From Eledone cirrhosa (taxonomy: Eukaryota), in contig OZ024742.1 of NCBI GenBank assembly GCA_964016885.1, positions 338,086,001 to 338,150,000 on the forward strand: a DNA stretch of 64,000 nucleotides, read 5' to 3'. The translations under genes and the position numbers were made by a program. The notes under the pieces are model-generated. The model ran no database searches, had not been told where the DNA came from, and saw nothing but the letters and a program-made list of their open reading frames with translations. Numbering within the stretch: position 1 is the stretch's first letter; every line of letters begins with the position of its first letter. Shown here piece after piece: positions 40,194-51,404 of the stretch.

Positions 40194-41096
40194 TTAGCTG
40201 GCCCACATTAACGAGAAAGAAATATTAACAAATTAAAAATGAGTGATTATCGGAGGAATATACCGAGAGGAGGTAAATCATTTTCAAATAATTTATTTGT
40301 GAAAAATTAATGTTAAATGTAAATTCCTGTATGATTTTTCCGTTCAAGTTATAACACATAGATATATCAATGTGAGTGTATAGGCTTGTCTAAAAATTGA
40401 TTGAGGACAGCTCCAGTCTTATTCATTGTGATATTAATATTGTGTGATTTTCAGCCTGAATTACATCACATAAATATTTTAATGTTATATGTGGATTGTT
40501 GTGTAATTTTCAGCTGGCGTTACATCACATGAATGTATCTATCAATATTTTTTAGCCTCTATGCATTTAATTTTATTCACAGTTGTATTTAACATTACAA
40601 ATCGATCACAATTCTTTCAGAATGAAAATATTAACACAAATAATAAATACAATTAACTATGAACCTTGCAAATACAACGCACCAAAATAGATATTAAATG
40701 TGGATTGTTGTGTGGTTTTCTATACAATTTTGAAGATTTCCACGACCATCAATAGGTTGGTGTCTGGAAGACGATATTTAGTATATTGTATGAACAGTCT
40801 GTGATGTGTGTTGTTTCTATTGTTTGTAAATGTGTTTGTGTTATTTGTATGTGTGCGTGTGTTTGTCTAATGTTTGTGTGTGTGTTATTTGTCAATGTTA
40901 TTATTTTGTTTGTTCGATTGTGGCATTTTAAACAAGTTAGAATCGTTAGAGCGTTGGACAAAATGCTTAGCAGCATTTAGTTACGGTCAATTACCTTTCA
41001 TTCTTCCTGGGTCGATAAAATATCGGCGCCGATGTAATCAACTTTCCTTTCCCCGCAGATTGTTTACCTTGTGCCTAAATTAGAAATTAATAATAA

Positions 41097-41453
41097 GGCA
41101 CTACAACGCTATTAGCTGTCAGTCCAGTGGAAAACAGACGAAGGTGACGTCACTCGTCAACATCGTTTATTTCCGTATTACTACCACGCGTTTTTTTTTT
41201 TGAGAGAGAGGGGGAAGACTTAAAAGGGCCAAATTAGAAAACAAGTCATGGTTATAAAGCATATCGATGTAAGTGGAGTTACTTAAATGAAAATATAGGT
41301 GGCCCTTAAAAGGGCCAAATTAGAAAACAAATTTAAGTTAATTAGAAAACAAGTCATGGTTATCAATGTAGAAAACAAGTCATTCATAAATTTAAGTTTT
41401 ATAATCAAATTTTTTTCACCAACAAATATGACAGCTAATAGCGTTGTAGTGCC
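41097..41453. mobile_element. MITE of the GGCACTACAACGC family, internally deleted
   Basis: TIRs GGCACTACAACGCTATTAGCTGTC / GACAGCTAATAGCGTTGTAGTGCC. Confidence 0.85.
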
Positions 41454-41487
41454 CGCAATTCTGTATCTTTACGTATATTGCGCGTAG

Positions 41488-41770
41488 ATACGAGGGTTGA
41501 CAAAGATACTCTCATGGAATGTGACCAAATGAGGTTTATTTTTCAACATAGTTTCCCTTGCGATCCACACACGTCTTCCATCGGTGTTGCAGTAATGAGA
41601 TCAATGTTTTCCTCGGTAGTGGCAGTTGTAGGACGTCCAGACATTGGGTCATCTGCAAGAATCACCTTCAAGAATCCTTTCCTAAATTCGGCTGCCCACT
41701 TTTGCACAAAGGAAAATTGTGGTACAATATTGTAAGGTCTGCTTATAGCATTATCCATCTTTCAAAAATG
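41488..41770 (-). pseudogene. Mariner relic
   Basis: VQKWAAEFRKG..DDPMSGRPTTATTEENID; TA-CGAGGGT terminus. Confidence 0.75.
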
Positions 41771-42452
41771 AAGGTCCACATTTCGTCGACTTCAATACAT
41801 TTTATTTCATTTTATTGTATTGTAAACATTAACTTTTATGGAAATTTTATTACAAAATTTCAATTTAGTTCGATTTTTTGGAATTTATTTAACAAACATG
41901 GAAAAATAAGGAAAATAATAAAATAAAAAATAATTTGATTGCCTTTAATAAAGAAGATAAATAGAGTGGAACTGATTTCCAGGTCATACTAATGAAACAA
42001 GGTTTTTTCCATTACTGATATTATCCGTCTGCCGCAAGTTCTGGTAGAAGATGCTACACGAACTAAAGTATTTTACTGAAGGACGCAACATGCTGCAGGA
42101 TCGAAGAAACGAGCCCATGACTTTATAATGGTTAGTCCAGTACCGTAACCCCTAAGGCATCACAGAGGAAAGGTAAATCATATTATAACAGATTAGATGG
42201 GTACTATGTTAGATATTACTATGTATCATATTATACCAAAGAGGAAGTGTGCTGTATAATAAACATTGATATCAGGTTGATTCAATAACTACCCGGTCCC
42301 AAATATGAACCCATGAACTTATGGTCGTCAGTCAAACACTTTAACCATTGTATGTATGTATGTATACACGTATGTATGTATGTATGTGTGTATACATGTA
42401 TGGATGGTTGGATGTATGTATACATGTATATATGTAAGTATGTGTGCGTGTA

Positions 42453-44912
42453 TGAGAACAACTGGAAGGACTTCAGGAGCTCGGTCTATAAGGGTTCAGC
42501 AGAGGTCCTTGGCTTTGTCACAAGAAAACAAGGACTGGTTTGATGAGAATGACCAGGAGGTCAAGGCTCTGCTAGACAGAAAACAAAAGGCACTTGATGC
42601 AGTTCTTAAAGGTGGTAGCTCTGTTGGTGACAATTATGAGCGTTACAGACAGGTAAAGAAGGAGGTGCAGGTGAAATTCGGGGCTATGCAAAATACCTGG
42701 TGGAGCAACAAAGCAGATGAAGTTCAAGTGGCATCTGACGGCAACAATGTGAAACTGCCGCACTTTCTACTCACAGAGGTGTATGGCCCTTTCAGCTCTC
42801 CAGTGGCCCCTTTGAGATCGAAAGATGGCAAGCAATTACTGCACGACCCAAAAGACACTCGACAGATAGAGAGATCACTTTGATGAGCTCTTAAACCAGC
42901 CATCCCAGGTTGATGACAATTTCATTTGTTCCATTCCTATTGAACCAGTGAAGTATATGAGATAGCTAATGTATCTTCTCTTGCAGAGGGGACTTCTGTT
43001 GTGCATAAGCTGAACTGTGGTAAGTCTCCTGGTATGGATGGTCTGAGTGGAGCGGTTTTGAAGTGTGGTAGTGAAAACTTTACGCAGCGCCTGATTGACC
43101 TCATGAAAATGGTGTGGGAAGATGAGAATGTCCCACAAGAAGGATGTGCTCATGGTGATTCTCCATAAAGGAAAGGACGGCAAGGACAAATGTGGCAATT
43201 ATCATGTCATATCCCTTCTTTCAGTAGTTGGTAAAGTCGTGTCGAATATTGATGGATAGATTGATCCCAAGAGTTGCTCTGAATGTGTTGCCTGAGTCGC
43301 AGTGTGGGTTCAGAAACGGAAGAGGAACAGTGAATATGATCGTTTCTGCTTGGCAGCTGCAAGAAAAGTGTATCGACCTGTATGGACCTTTACCAGGTCT
43401 TTGTTGACTTGACAAAGGCCTTTGACACTGTCAATTGAACTGCGTTGTGGGAAAAAAATCCAAGGTAGGGTAGAAGATTCTGCATCTTTTCCATGATGAC
43501 ATGAAGGCTTTGGTCAGTATTGGTGGTAGCATCTCTGAACCAATATCAGTTGAAAATGGAGTGAAGCAGGGGGACATTCCGGCTCCAACTCTGTGTTTCT
43601 CATGGCATTCAAATATTGTTCTCATGGGGTTTACATCAGGTATCGCACTTCAGGAAGGTTGTTCAACACCAGGCGTTTTGGTACAAGCACAAAGGTATTA
43701 ACATCTGTAATCCGAGAGTTTTTGTATGCAGACGACTGCGATCTTTTTGCACACTCACAAAGTGACATGCAGCATATTATGAACTCTTTTTCTGCAGCTT
43801 GCAGCACTTTGGGCGTCACAATAAGCTTGGAAAAGACTGTTGTGATGTATCAGCCAGTACTTGGAAACAAGTACACTGCACCAAGTGTGTACGTGTACGG
43901 AAAGAGGCTAAAAGTTGTTGACAAGTTTGTTTACCTTGGTAGTACGTTGAACACTTCATGCACACATGATAATGAAATATCCTTAAGAATCAAGAAAGCC
44001 AGTGATGCTTTTGGACGGCTGCATCAACATTTATGGTCCAGACGAGGTATCACTATCGAAACCAAGGTGAAAGTGTATCTGACTTGTGTTGTCTCCTCTT
44101 TACTTTATGTTTGTGAAACGTGGGTCACATACAGAAAGCACCTCAAGGATCTGGAGAGATTTCACCAACAATCTCTTCATAAGTTATTTGGGGTGTGGTG
44201 GAAAATGTTCGCCAGTGATTTGGAAGTTCTAGAACGGAGCAGGTGTGTGACTATAGAGAGCATAATCTTTCGGTATCGGTTGAGGTGGTGCAGTCACGTG
44301 GTCCGGATGTCTGATGATCGTATTCCAAAGCAACTTCTCTATGGAGAACTGTGTGAAAGAAGGCGACCACCACATAAACCAAAAAGGTGGTACCGGGACT
44401 GTATCAGGGGCACCTTGGCTTGTGCTGGAATTTCACCTGACGAATGGGAGAAAATGGCTGACGAGCGTGTGAAGTGGAGACGTTTGATCAAGTCAGGTGG
44501 TGAACACTTTGAAACTCGTCGGAGAGAACACCTAACACTGAAAAGGAAGGTGAGGATTGAGGCTGTTCTGAACTGCCTGCTGTTGAACATCATCTGGTTT
44601 GCCAGCACTGTGGTCGAGTCAGCCTGATCAAAGCTGGTTTGATTAGACATGAACAAAGTCATATCAGTAGACCTCATGTAGATTATGATCTGAAAAGGTG
44701 TAAGAAATGTACAAGCATGGGAGGTCTTAAAAGATACATGTGAACATACAGCCAGAACAAAGCAATGGAAGGTTTCGGGGAAGCCTAAAGTTGCCATGTG
44801 TATGCCAGATGGTGCAAGTATTTGGCTGGTTTAAAGAGTCACATTTGTGCTTCACATTTTTGAATATTTTATCGGGTGATGGCAATACTTGAACACGAGT
44901 TTGCAGTCATCA
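42453..44912 (+). mobile_element. Second, older RTE family (BovB-like), 5'-truncated and frameshifted, no PHD insert
   Basis: DWFDEND, LPESQCGFR, FVDLTKAFDTV, GRLFNTRRF, LYADD, FVYLGS, RIPKQLLYGEL; starts next to (TATG)n. Confidence 0.9.
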
Positions 44913-45581
44913 TGTAGTATGTATGTATATATGTCGGGTCACTCTTGAGTGCTATTGGTAACATGTAACCCAGTACAACCTGTCGCATGGTCGGGTCGTC
45001 GGCGATTAAACCGGCAACCCCACCAAGTTTACTTGGTGAGGAGGGTGATTTTGGACACCCTGCAGGACAAAAAACAAAATCTGACAAAGGGCGGAAGATC
45101 TCATCAGAGTCAACGGCCATCCAAAAGTGTGTAAATATGTATATACACATGTACATATGTATGTATATGTATGTGTATATACATGGGTGCATGTGTATGT
45201 ACATGCGCGGGGACATAGAAATAATTGGGCTTGACACCCGATCGCGCGTTTAAACCACTGGCAGTGAAGGACCCCTAGCCTTTGTCAGGGCATTCTTCTA
45301 GGAGAAGGCAACTCAGGAAACTGGGATAACTCCGATATAAAACCTGCGGCTCAGTAGTTACCGATGATGTTGATATTTTCTTCTTTCGGGTTATAGCTAC
45401 TGTCGCTCAGAGAGTGGGATTGGCTCAGTGCACAGTCTTTCTTCATTTAAAAAAATATCTTCATGCACAAGCATTGCACGATAGAATTAATTAATAATGG
45501 TATATCGTGCAATGGCCATACTCGATAACGAGGGGGCAGCCATCATGTATACATGCATGCGTGTATGTATGTATGTGTGTT

Positions 45582-45623
<42 letters not shown>

Positions 45624-45819
45624 CATGTGGGTGTGTATATATATATCTCCATATACATATTTATTCAGCTGATATAGGCTGGATTGGTTGGAATATTCTG
45701 ATGCAAATTCTTTCTGCTCTGTTAAATCGAAACAAATCTTGACTTTTTATTTGAGGTTTTCTATATAAGAGACCGGGAGACCATGTTGATACTATGAACG
45801 CCATTTGTCCTAAGCCGCC

Positions 45820-46385
45820 TGGACTATTGCTCCCAGCTGTGGTCACCCCATAGTATCAAACTAACCACGGAACTTGAGACAATCCAAGAGGATTGCACGA
45901 TGAAGGAGATGAGCTACTGGGAGAGGCTAAAAGAATTGGAACGAAGACGGGAGAGATACGCAGTGATATACATATGGAAAATCCCGGAGGGACTAGTGCC
46001 AAACTTTGGTATTGAGAGCAGGACCAACCCCCGAACAGGACGTCACTGTGTGGTGACAAAGGTCCCGTCTTCCACATCTAGAACAAGAAGCAGATATTGC
46101 AATAGACTGGGGTTCAAAGGCCCTCAACTCTTCAACAAACTGCTGAGGGATTTTAGAGATCTACATGGTGTGGCCGTGGATATTTTCAAGAAACTTCTCG
46201 ACATCCTGTTATCCAGGATCCCGGATGAGCCCACATCACGGTACAAAGGTAACCTAAGGGCAGCAGCAACAAACTCCCTCTTACATCAATGGCCAGCCAA
46301 CACAGGCTGGAGATAGAATGTGTAGCAACAAGGGCAGTGCCCAATCATGGTCTCAGCCGGATGGCTGGAACAGCTAAAAGAGTAT
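45820..46385 (+). mobile_element. CR1-group LINE 3' fragment
   Basis: SYWERLKELERRRERYAVIYIWKI..GPQLFN..FKKLLD..IPDEP; same tail sequence at ~9490-9545. Confidence 0.8.
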
Positions 46386-46680
46386 ATATATATATTTAAT
46401 ATAGAAATGACTTCAACAGGACTAGAACTGTTTCATTCGGAGGAAATCATCAGAAAAGCCGACTGTCAATGTAATATGGTGGTATTTATATATTTTCTGG
46501 TGGTAGGAGAGGGTAGTAAATTGATGCTAAGTAGACAAACACATACACACTGACAGGCCCTCCTAATTTTCAAGATTCATTTATTCCAAACAAACAAAGG
46601 GTTTTCATTGAGTGACAATATTAAAATGTTCTGCTAAAAGATATAAATATGTTTGTGTATGTGTGTGTGTGTTTGTGTAT

Positions 46681-47020
46681 CATCATTTTCATCATCATTT
46701 TACGTCCGCTTTTCCCTGCTTGCAAGGGTGGGACAGGAACTGATTCTGGCTTGATTTCTACAGCTAGATGCCCTTCCTAACACCAACCTCATTTACAGTG
46801 AGTGCTGGGTGCTTTTTTGCCGTGGCACCTCCACGACCACTTTGCAGTAGAATGATATGGACCCCAGTCCCTATCATCTCATTTCTACAGCTGAGTAAAC
46901 TGGATCAATGTGAAATAAAGTGTCTTGCTCAAGGAAACAACACATCACCCGGTCTGAGAATTGAACTCACAACCTTTCGATGGCAAGGCCAATGCTCTAA
47001 CCACTAAGCCATGTGCCTCC
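46681..47020 (-). mobile_element. tRNA/CORE-like SINE with RTE tail
   Basis: Close match to 32263-32650. Confidence 0.88.
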
Positions 47021-47034
47021 ATGTATATATATAT

Positions 47035-47067
<33 letters not shown>

Positions 47068-47497
47068 CAAGGTTGTCGTGGAGGTGCCACGGCAAAAAAG
47101 CACCCAGCCCACACTGTAAAGTGGACGTGTAGGCGCCACGAAAAAGCACCCAGCACTCACTGTAAATGAGGTTGGTGTTAGGAAGGGCATCCAGCTGTAG
47201 AAATCAAGCCAAATCAGTTCCTGTATGAGCAAGGCATGGTCAGCTGACCCGACACTGCCCACAACAAGACAACCCGTCTAACCCATGCTAGCGTGGAAGA
47301 ACGGACGTAAAACGGTGATGATGATGATGATGATGACTGTAAATATGGTTGGTGTTAGGAAGGGCATCCAGCCGTAGAAAACCCGCCAGACAGTCCTATG
47401 CGAGCAAGACAACCACTCTTGCTTCAAGTGGGAAAACTCCCGTCCAAACCCATGCGAGCGTGGAATATGGACGTTAAACGATGATGATGATGATGAT
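47068..47497 (+). mobile_element. Two tandem RTE/SINE 3'-end fragments with (GAT)n tails
   Basis: GGTTGGTGTTAGGAAGGGCATCCAGC core twice; tails at ~47316 and ~47480. Confidence 0.82.
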
Positions 47498-47498
47498 G

Positions 47499-47529
<31 letters not shown>

Positions 47530-47556
47530 TTGTGTATATATATATATATGTGTGTT

Positions 47557-47591
<35 letters not shown>

Positions 47592-47603
<12 letters not shown>

Positions 47604-47937
47604 ATGTATATATAATGTATTTTGCAATACACTTTATGCTTAATTAAAAGCATTTTGAAGACCGTAAGCTATTGTTTTTTAGAGTAGTGACAAATTCACT
47701 TACTTTAATCTCAGCAAACAGGGGAGATAAGCCGGTAGACAGGTGGGAGTAGTTAGCCTTGATAAGCTTCAACAAAAGCGAAACAAGGCCTTGTCGGCTT
47801 ATCTCCCCTGTTTGCTGAGATCAAAGTAAGTGAATTTGTCACTACTCTAAAAAACAATAGCTTACGGTCTTCAAAATGCTTTTAATTAAGCATAAAGTGT
47901 ATTGCAAAATACATTATATATACATCCATATATATAT
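47592..47937. repeat. Near-perfect 143-bp inverted repeat with 60-bp loop
   Basis: 47592-47734 versus 47795-47937, one mismatch seen. Confidence 0.95.
47755..47799 (+). ncRNA. Type I hammerhead motif with U3-A8 core variant
   Basis: AGCC-TTGATAA-GCTT(CAACAA)AAGC-GAAACAAGGCCTTGTC-GGCT. Confidence 0.7.
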
Positions 47938-48039
47938 TGCTATTTCAGAGCTCCAATTCTAATTTTTAATTTCTGCCTGACCAACAACCGCTCTGCATAA
48001 TCAGCTCCTGATTATTTATTTATTTCCTCGGGGGTACAA

Positions 48040-48365
48040 ACCCCTGCTAAAAACTTTTCCCTTTCGATTTATATGAAACTTAAACCATAGGTAAATTACA
48101 AGATATGATGCCTATTCACAAAAGTTTTCAATTGATATTTTGAAAAAAATTATTTACAAGAAACAAAATAAGAATAAGATTTAATAATGCAATTTTGATT
48201 TGATATATTACAAAAAATGATGTTTTCCAATTTTTCATGCATTATATTTTACATTGAGTAATATTGAGTTTTTCTCCATAAATGATATCACTGATTTAAA
48301 ATCAATCATCATTTTCTTACAAAAAAATGTGTGAAACGCAGCAAGGCGCTGGTAATTCGGCTAGT
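48040..48365 (-). mobile_element. Helentron/DINE-1-like short element
   Basis: Reverse strand begins ACTAG-CCGAATTAC-CAGCGCCTTGCTG hairpin, as at 33745. Confidence 0.5.
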
Positions 48366-48393
48366 GTGTGTGTATATATATGTGTGTGTGTGT

Positions 48394-49365
48394 GTGCTCA
48401 TTATGTAGGAGAGGTGTAGGTAGAAACTCCATCCTCTGCCCCATATGCGAACTATGGGTACACAAAAGATGTAGTGGGATCTCAGGAAGTTTAGTTAAGA
48501 ATGTAGGCTTTACATGTAGCAGTTGCACCAGGACAGTAAGCAGCAAACAAGTGACATCAAAGTCTGGGAGGACTTGGTAAAAACAATACCGAATTAGCAG
48601 CGGAGGGGGGTGTTCTGAAAGAACGTGATGGAAGAAGTTGAGGTAGCTACTGCCACAGCTGGATACAAAAGGCTTTTCCCTCAGAATAAAAGGTAGACTG
48701 TATGATGTGTGCATATGAACGGCAATGTTGTATGGTAGTGAGAGCTGGGCACTGTGTGTAGAAGACTTGCGAAGATAAGAAAGGAATGAAGCTTGTATGC
48801 TCCAATGGATGTGTAATAGTAATATACACGAACAGCAAAGCATAAACAAACTGAAAGAGAAACTAGGCATAAGAGGAATCAAATGTGTGCAGGAGAGGAG
48901 ATTATGTTGGTATGGACATGTGATTCGTATGAAGGATGACAGCTACATAAAGTCCCAGAAAGACTTGAGATGAAGTGATAAAAGCCGACCTTGCCCAATT
49001 GCACCTCTGAAAGGCTATGACACAGGACCAAGATCTCTGGCGTTATGAGGTAATACAGAAACCCCAACTTCCCAGGGGCCCAGGCCAAGGCTGAAACATA
49101 CATACAGTATGCACCACTCCATCCCACCCGCCAATATATCTTTCATGAGAACAGGCCAAAACACTGTAAAGTGGTCGTGATGGTGACACGGTAAAAAACA
49201 CCCAGTCCACACTGTAAAGTAGTCGTGGAGGAATCACCACAAAAAACACCCAGTACTCACTGTAAATGAGCTTGGCATTAGGAAGGGCATCCAGCTATAG
49301 AAACCAAGCCAAAATCAGTTCTTTATGAGCAAGACATGGTCACCTGACCTAACATAGCCAACAAT
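48394..49365 (+). mobile_element. RTE-PHD copy F, old 3' fragment beginning at the PHD finger
   Basis: [35 protein letters not shown], preceded by (TG)n; RTE 3' UTR follows. Confidence 0.88.
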
Positions 49366-49366
49366 A

Positions 49367-49750
49367 GAAGGCACATGGCTCAGTGGTTAGAGCATTGGGC
49401 TTGCAATTGAAAGGTTGTGAGTTTAATTCTTGGACCGGGTGATGTGTTGTTTCCTTGAGCAAGACACTTTATTTCACATTGCTCCAGTTTACTCAGCTGT
49501 AGAAATGAGATGATAGGACTGGGGTCCCTACCATTCCACTGCAAAGTGGTCGTGGAGGTGCCACGGCAAAAAAAAAAAAACACCCACCACTCACTGTAAA
49601 TGAGGTTGGTGTTAGGAAGGGCATCCAGCTGTAGAAATCAAAACAGAATCAGTTCCCGTATGAGAAAGACAAGGTCAGCCGACCGGACACTGCCCACAAT
49701 AGGACAACCCATGCTAGCGTAGAAGAACTGACATAAAATGATGATAATGA
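49367..49750 (+). mobile_element. tRNA/CORE-like SINE with RTE tail
   Basis: Reverse complement of the 32263 family. Confidence 0.88.
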
Positions 49751-49824
49751 AATATAACAGAGTTTTATAGCTTGCTTGAAGCATTGATGAATAGGAAACA
49801 CAAATTTAAATTTTGAAAACCAAG

Positions 49825-50145
49825 TTGAGGCCTTTGAACCCTAGGCTATTGCAATGGCTGCTACTGATTCTAGATGTGGAAGACGGGACCTTTGGTACCA
49901 CACAGTGACGTCCTGTTCGAGAATTAGTCCAGCTCTCAATGATAAAGTTTGGTCTTAGTCCCCCCAGGATTTTCCATATGTATATCATTGCATATCTCTC
50001 CCGTCTTCATTCCGAGGAGTAGAGTTTCAGTTCTTTTAAACTCTCCCAGTAGTTTATCTCCTTCATTGTGGCAACCTTCTTGGTGTAGCTTCATTGGATT
50101 GCTTCAAGCTCCATGGTTAGTTTGATACTATGGGGTGACCGCAGC
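49825..50145 (-). mobile_element. CR1-group LINE fragment
   Basis: MIYIWKILGGL..RTGRHCVVPKVPSS, homologous to 45820-46385. Confidence 0.8.
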
Positions 50146-50152
50146 GGAGCAT

Positions 50153-50530
50153 TCATCATCATTTCATGTCCACTTTTTCCCTGCTTGCAAGGGTGGGACG
50201 GGAACTGATTCTGGCTTGATTTCTACAGCTGGATGCCCTTCCTAACACCTCATTTACAGTGAGTGCTAGGTGCTTTTTTCCCGTGGGGGCTGGGTGCTTT
50301 TTTACAGTGTGGGCTGGGTGCTTTTTTACAGTGTGGGCTGGGTGCTTTTTTGCCATGGCACCTCCACAACCACTTTGCAGTGGAATGATAGGGACCCCAG
50401 TCCTATCATCTCATTTCTACAGTTGAGTAAACTGGAGCAATGTGAAATAAAGTGTCTTGCTCAAGGAAACAACACATCACCCGGTGTGAGAATTGAACTC
50501 ACAACCTTTCGATTGCAAGGCCAATGCTCT
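50153..50530 (-). mobile_element. tRNA/CORE-like SINE with RTE tail
   Basis: Same family, with extra short internal repeats at 50280-50350. Confidence 0.85.
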
Positions 50531-50600
50531 CAATATGTATGTATGTATATATATATACACACATATATATAAACTAATATATACACCCACACACACACAT

Positions 50601-50631
<31 letters not shown>

Positions 50632-50833
50632 ATAATTGTTTCTTCTTTAGGCACAAGGCCAGCAATTACCCAGTGCATTACTGGTACTTTATTTTATCGA
50701 CCCCGTAAGGATGAAAGGCAAAGTCAACCTCAGCGGGATTTGAACTCAGATCGTAAAGGGACGTTATTATGATGGAAAGCATGGCGTCCGACCCTCTACT
50801 GATACTGCCAATCCACCGCCCTTTATATATATA

Positions 50834-51403
50834 GTAATAATAATACATATGAAGACTAAAATCCAAAGAGGGCTCGATAAGGATAAATATATATCAATTA
50901 TATAAGAACCGTAGAGCAAATATTTATTAAAATAACAGATTAAAGTTTAAGCAAAGAATCGGCTGCTTTCATCCTTAATGGGATCTTCTGAAACTAAAAA
51001 CAAATCAATCTGTGAACGCAGAAGTAAACATTTCGAAAAACGTTGCAACCGAAGGAAGACAGGAAGATGATACTTTGGTTCGTGGAGACGTAGTTTTAGA
51101 TATTTCTTCCTGCTTGGTACGGGTATGTTCTTTGTAGAAATATTCAGATGTTTCTGCATGATGAATATAAGTCAATAGAGTACTCAGTCAAGGGAGCCAA
51201 ATAGTAATAATAATAAATTTGAAGACTAACATCCAAAGAGGGCTCGATAAGGAAAAATATATATCAAATATATAAGAACCGTAGAGCAAATATTTATTAA
51301 AATAACAGATTAAAGTTTAAGCAAAGAATCGGCTGCTTTCACCCTTAATGGGATCTTCTGAAACTAAAAAAAATCAATCTGTGAACGCAGAAGTAAATAT
51401 TTC
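50834..51403 (+). repeat. ~200-bp direct repeat pair, part shared with 34445-34612
   Basis: GAAGACTAA.ATCCAAAGAGGGCTCGATAAGG..GAACGCAGAAGTAAA at ~50851 and ~51221. Confidence 0.85.
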
Positions 51404-51404
51404 T

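Noticed and set aside
46420-46460. Minus-strand hammerhead-like CTGATGA..GAAAC
   Set aside because: Stem I does not pair convincingly; at best a decayed relic
47037-47066. Poly-C tract as a functional element
   Set aside because: Homopolymer at a SINE junction; its length is unreliable
50960-50995. Minus-strand CAGAAGA-stem-GAAA hammerhead-like motif in the 50.9/51.3/34.5 kb repeat
   Set aside because: Core has U4A and no stem I or stem III pairing could be built
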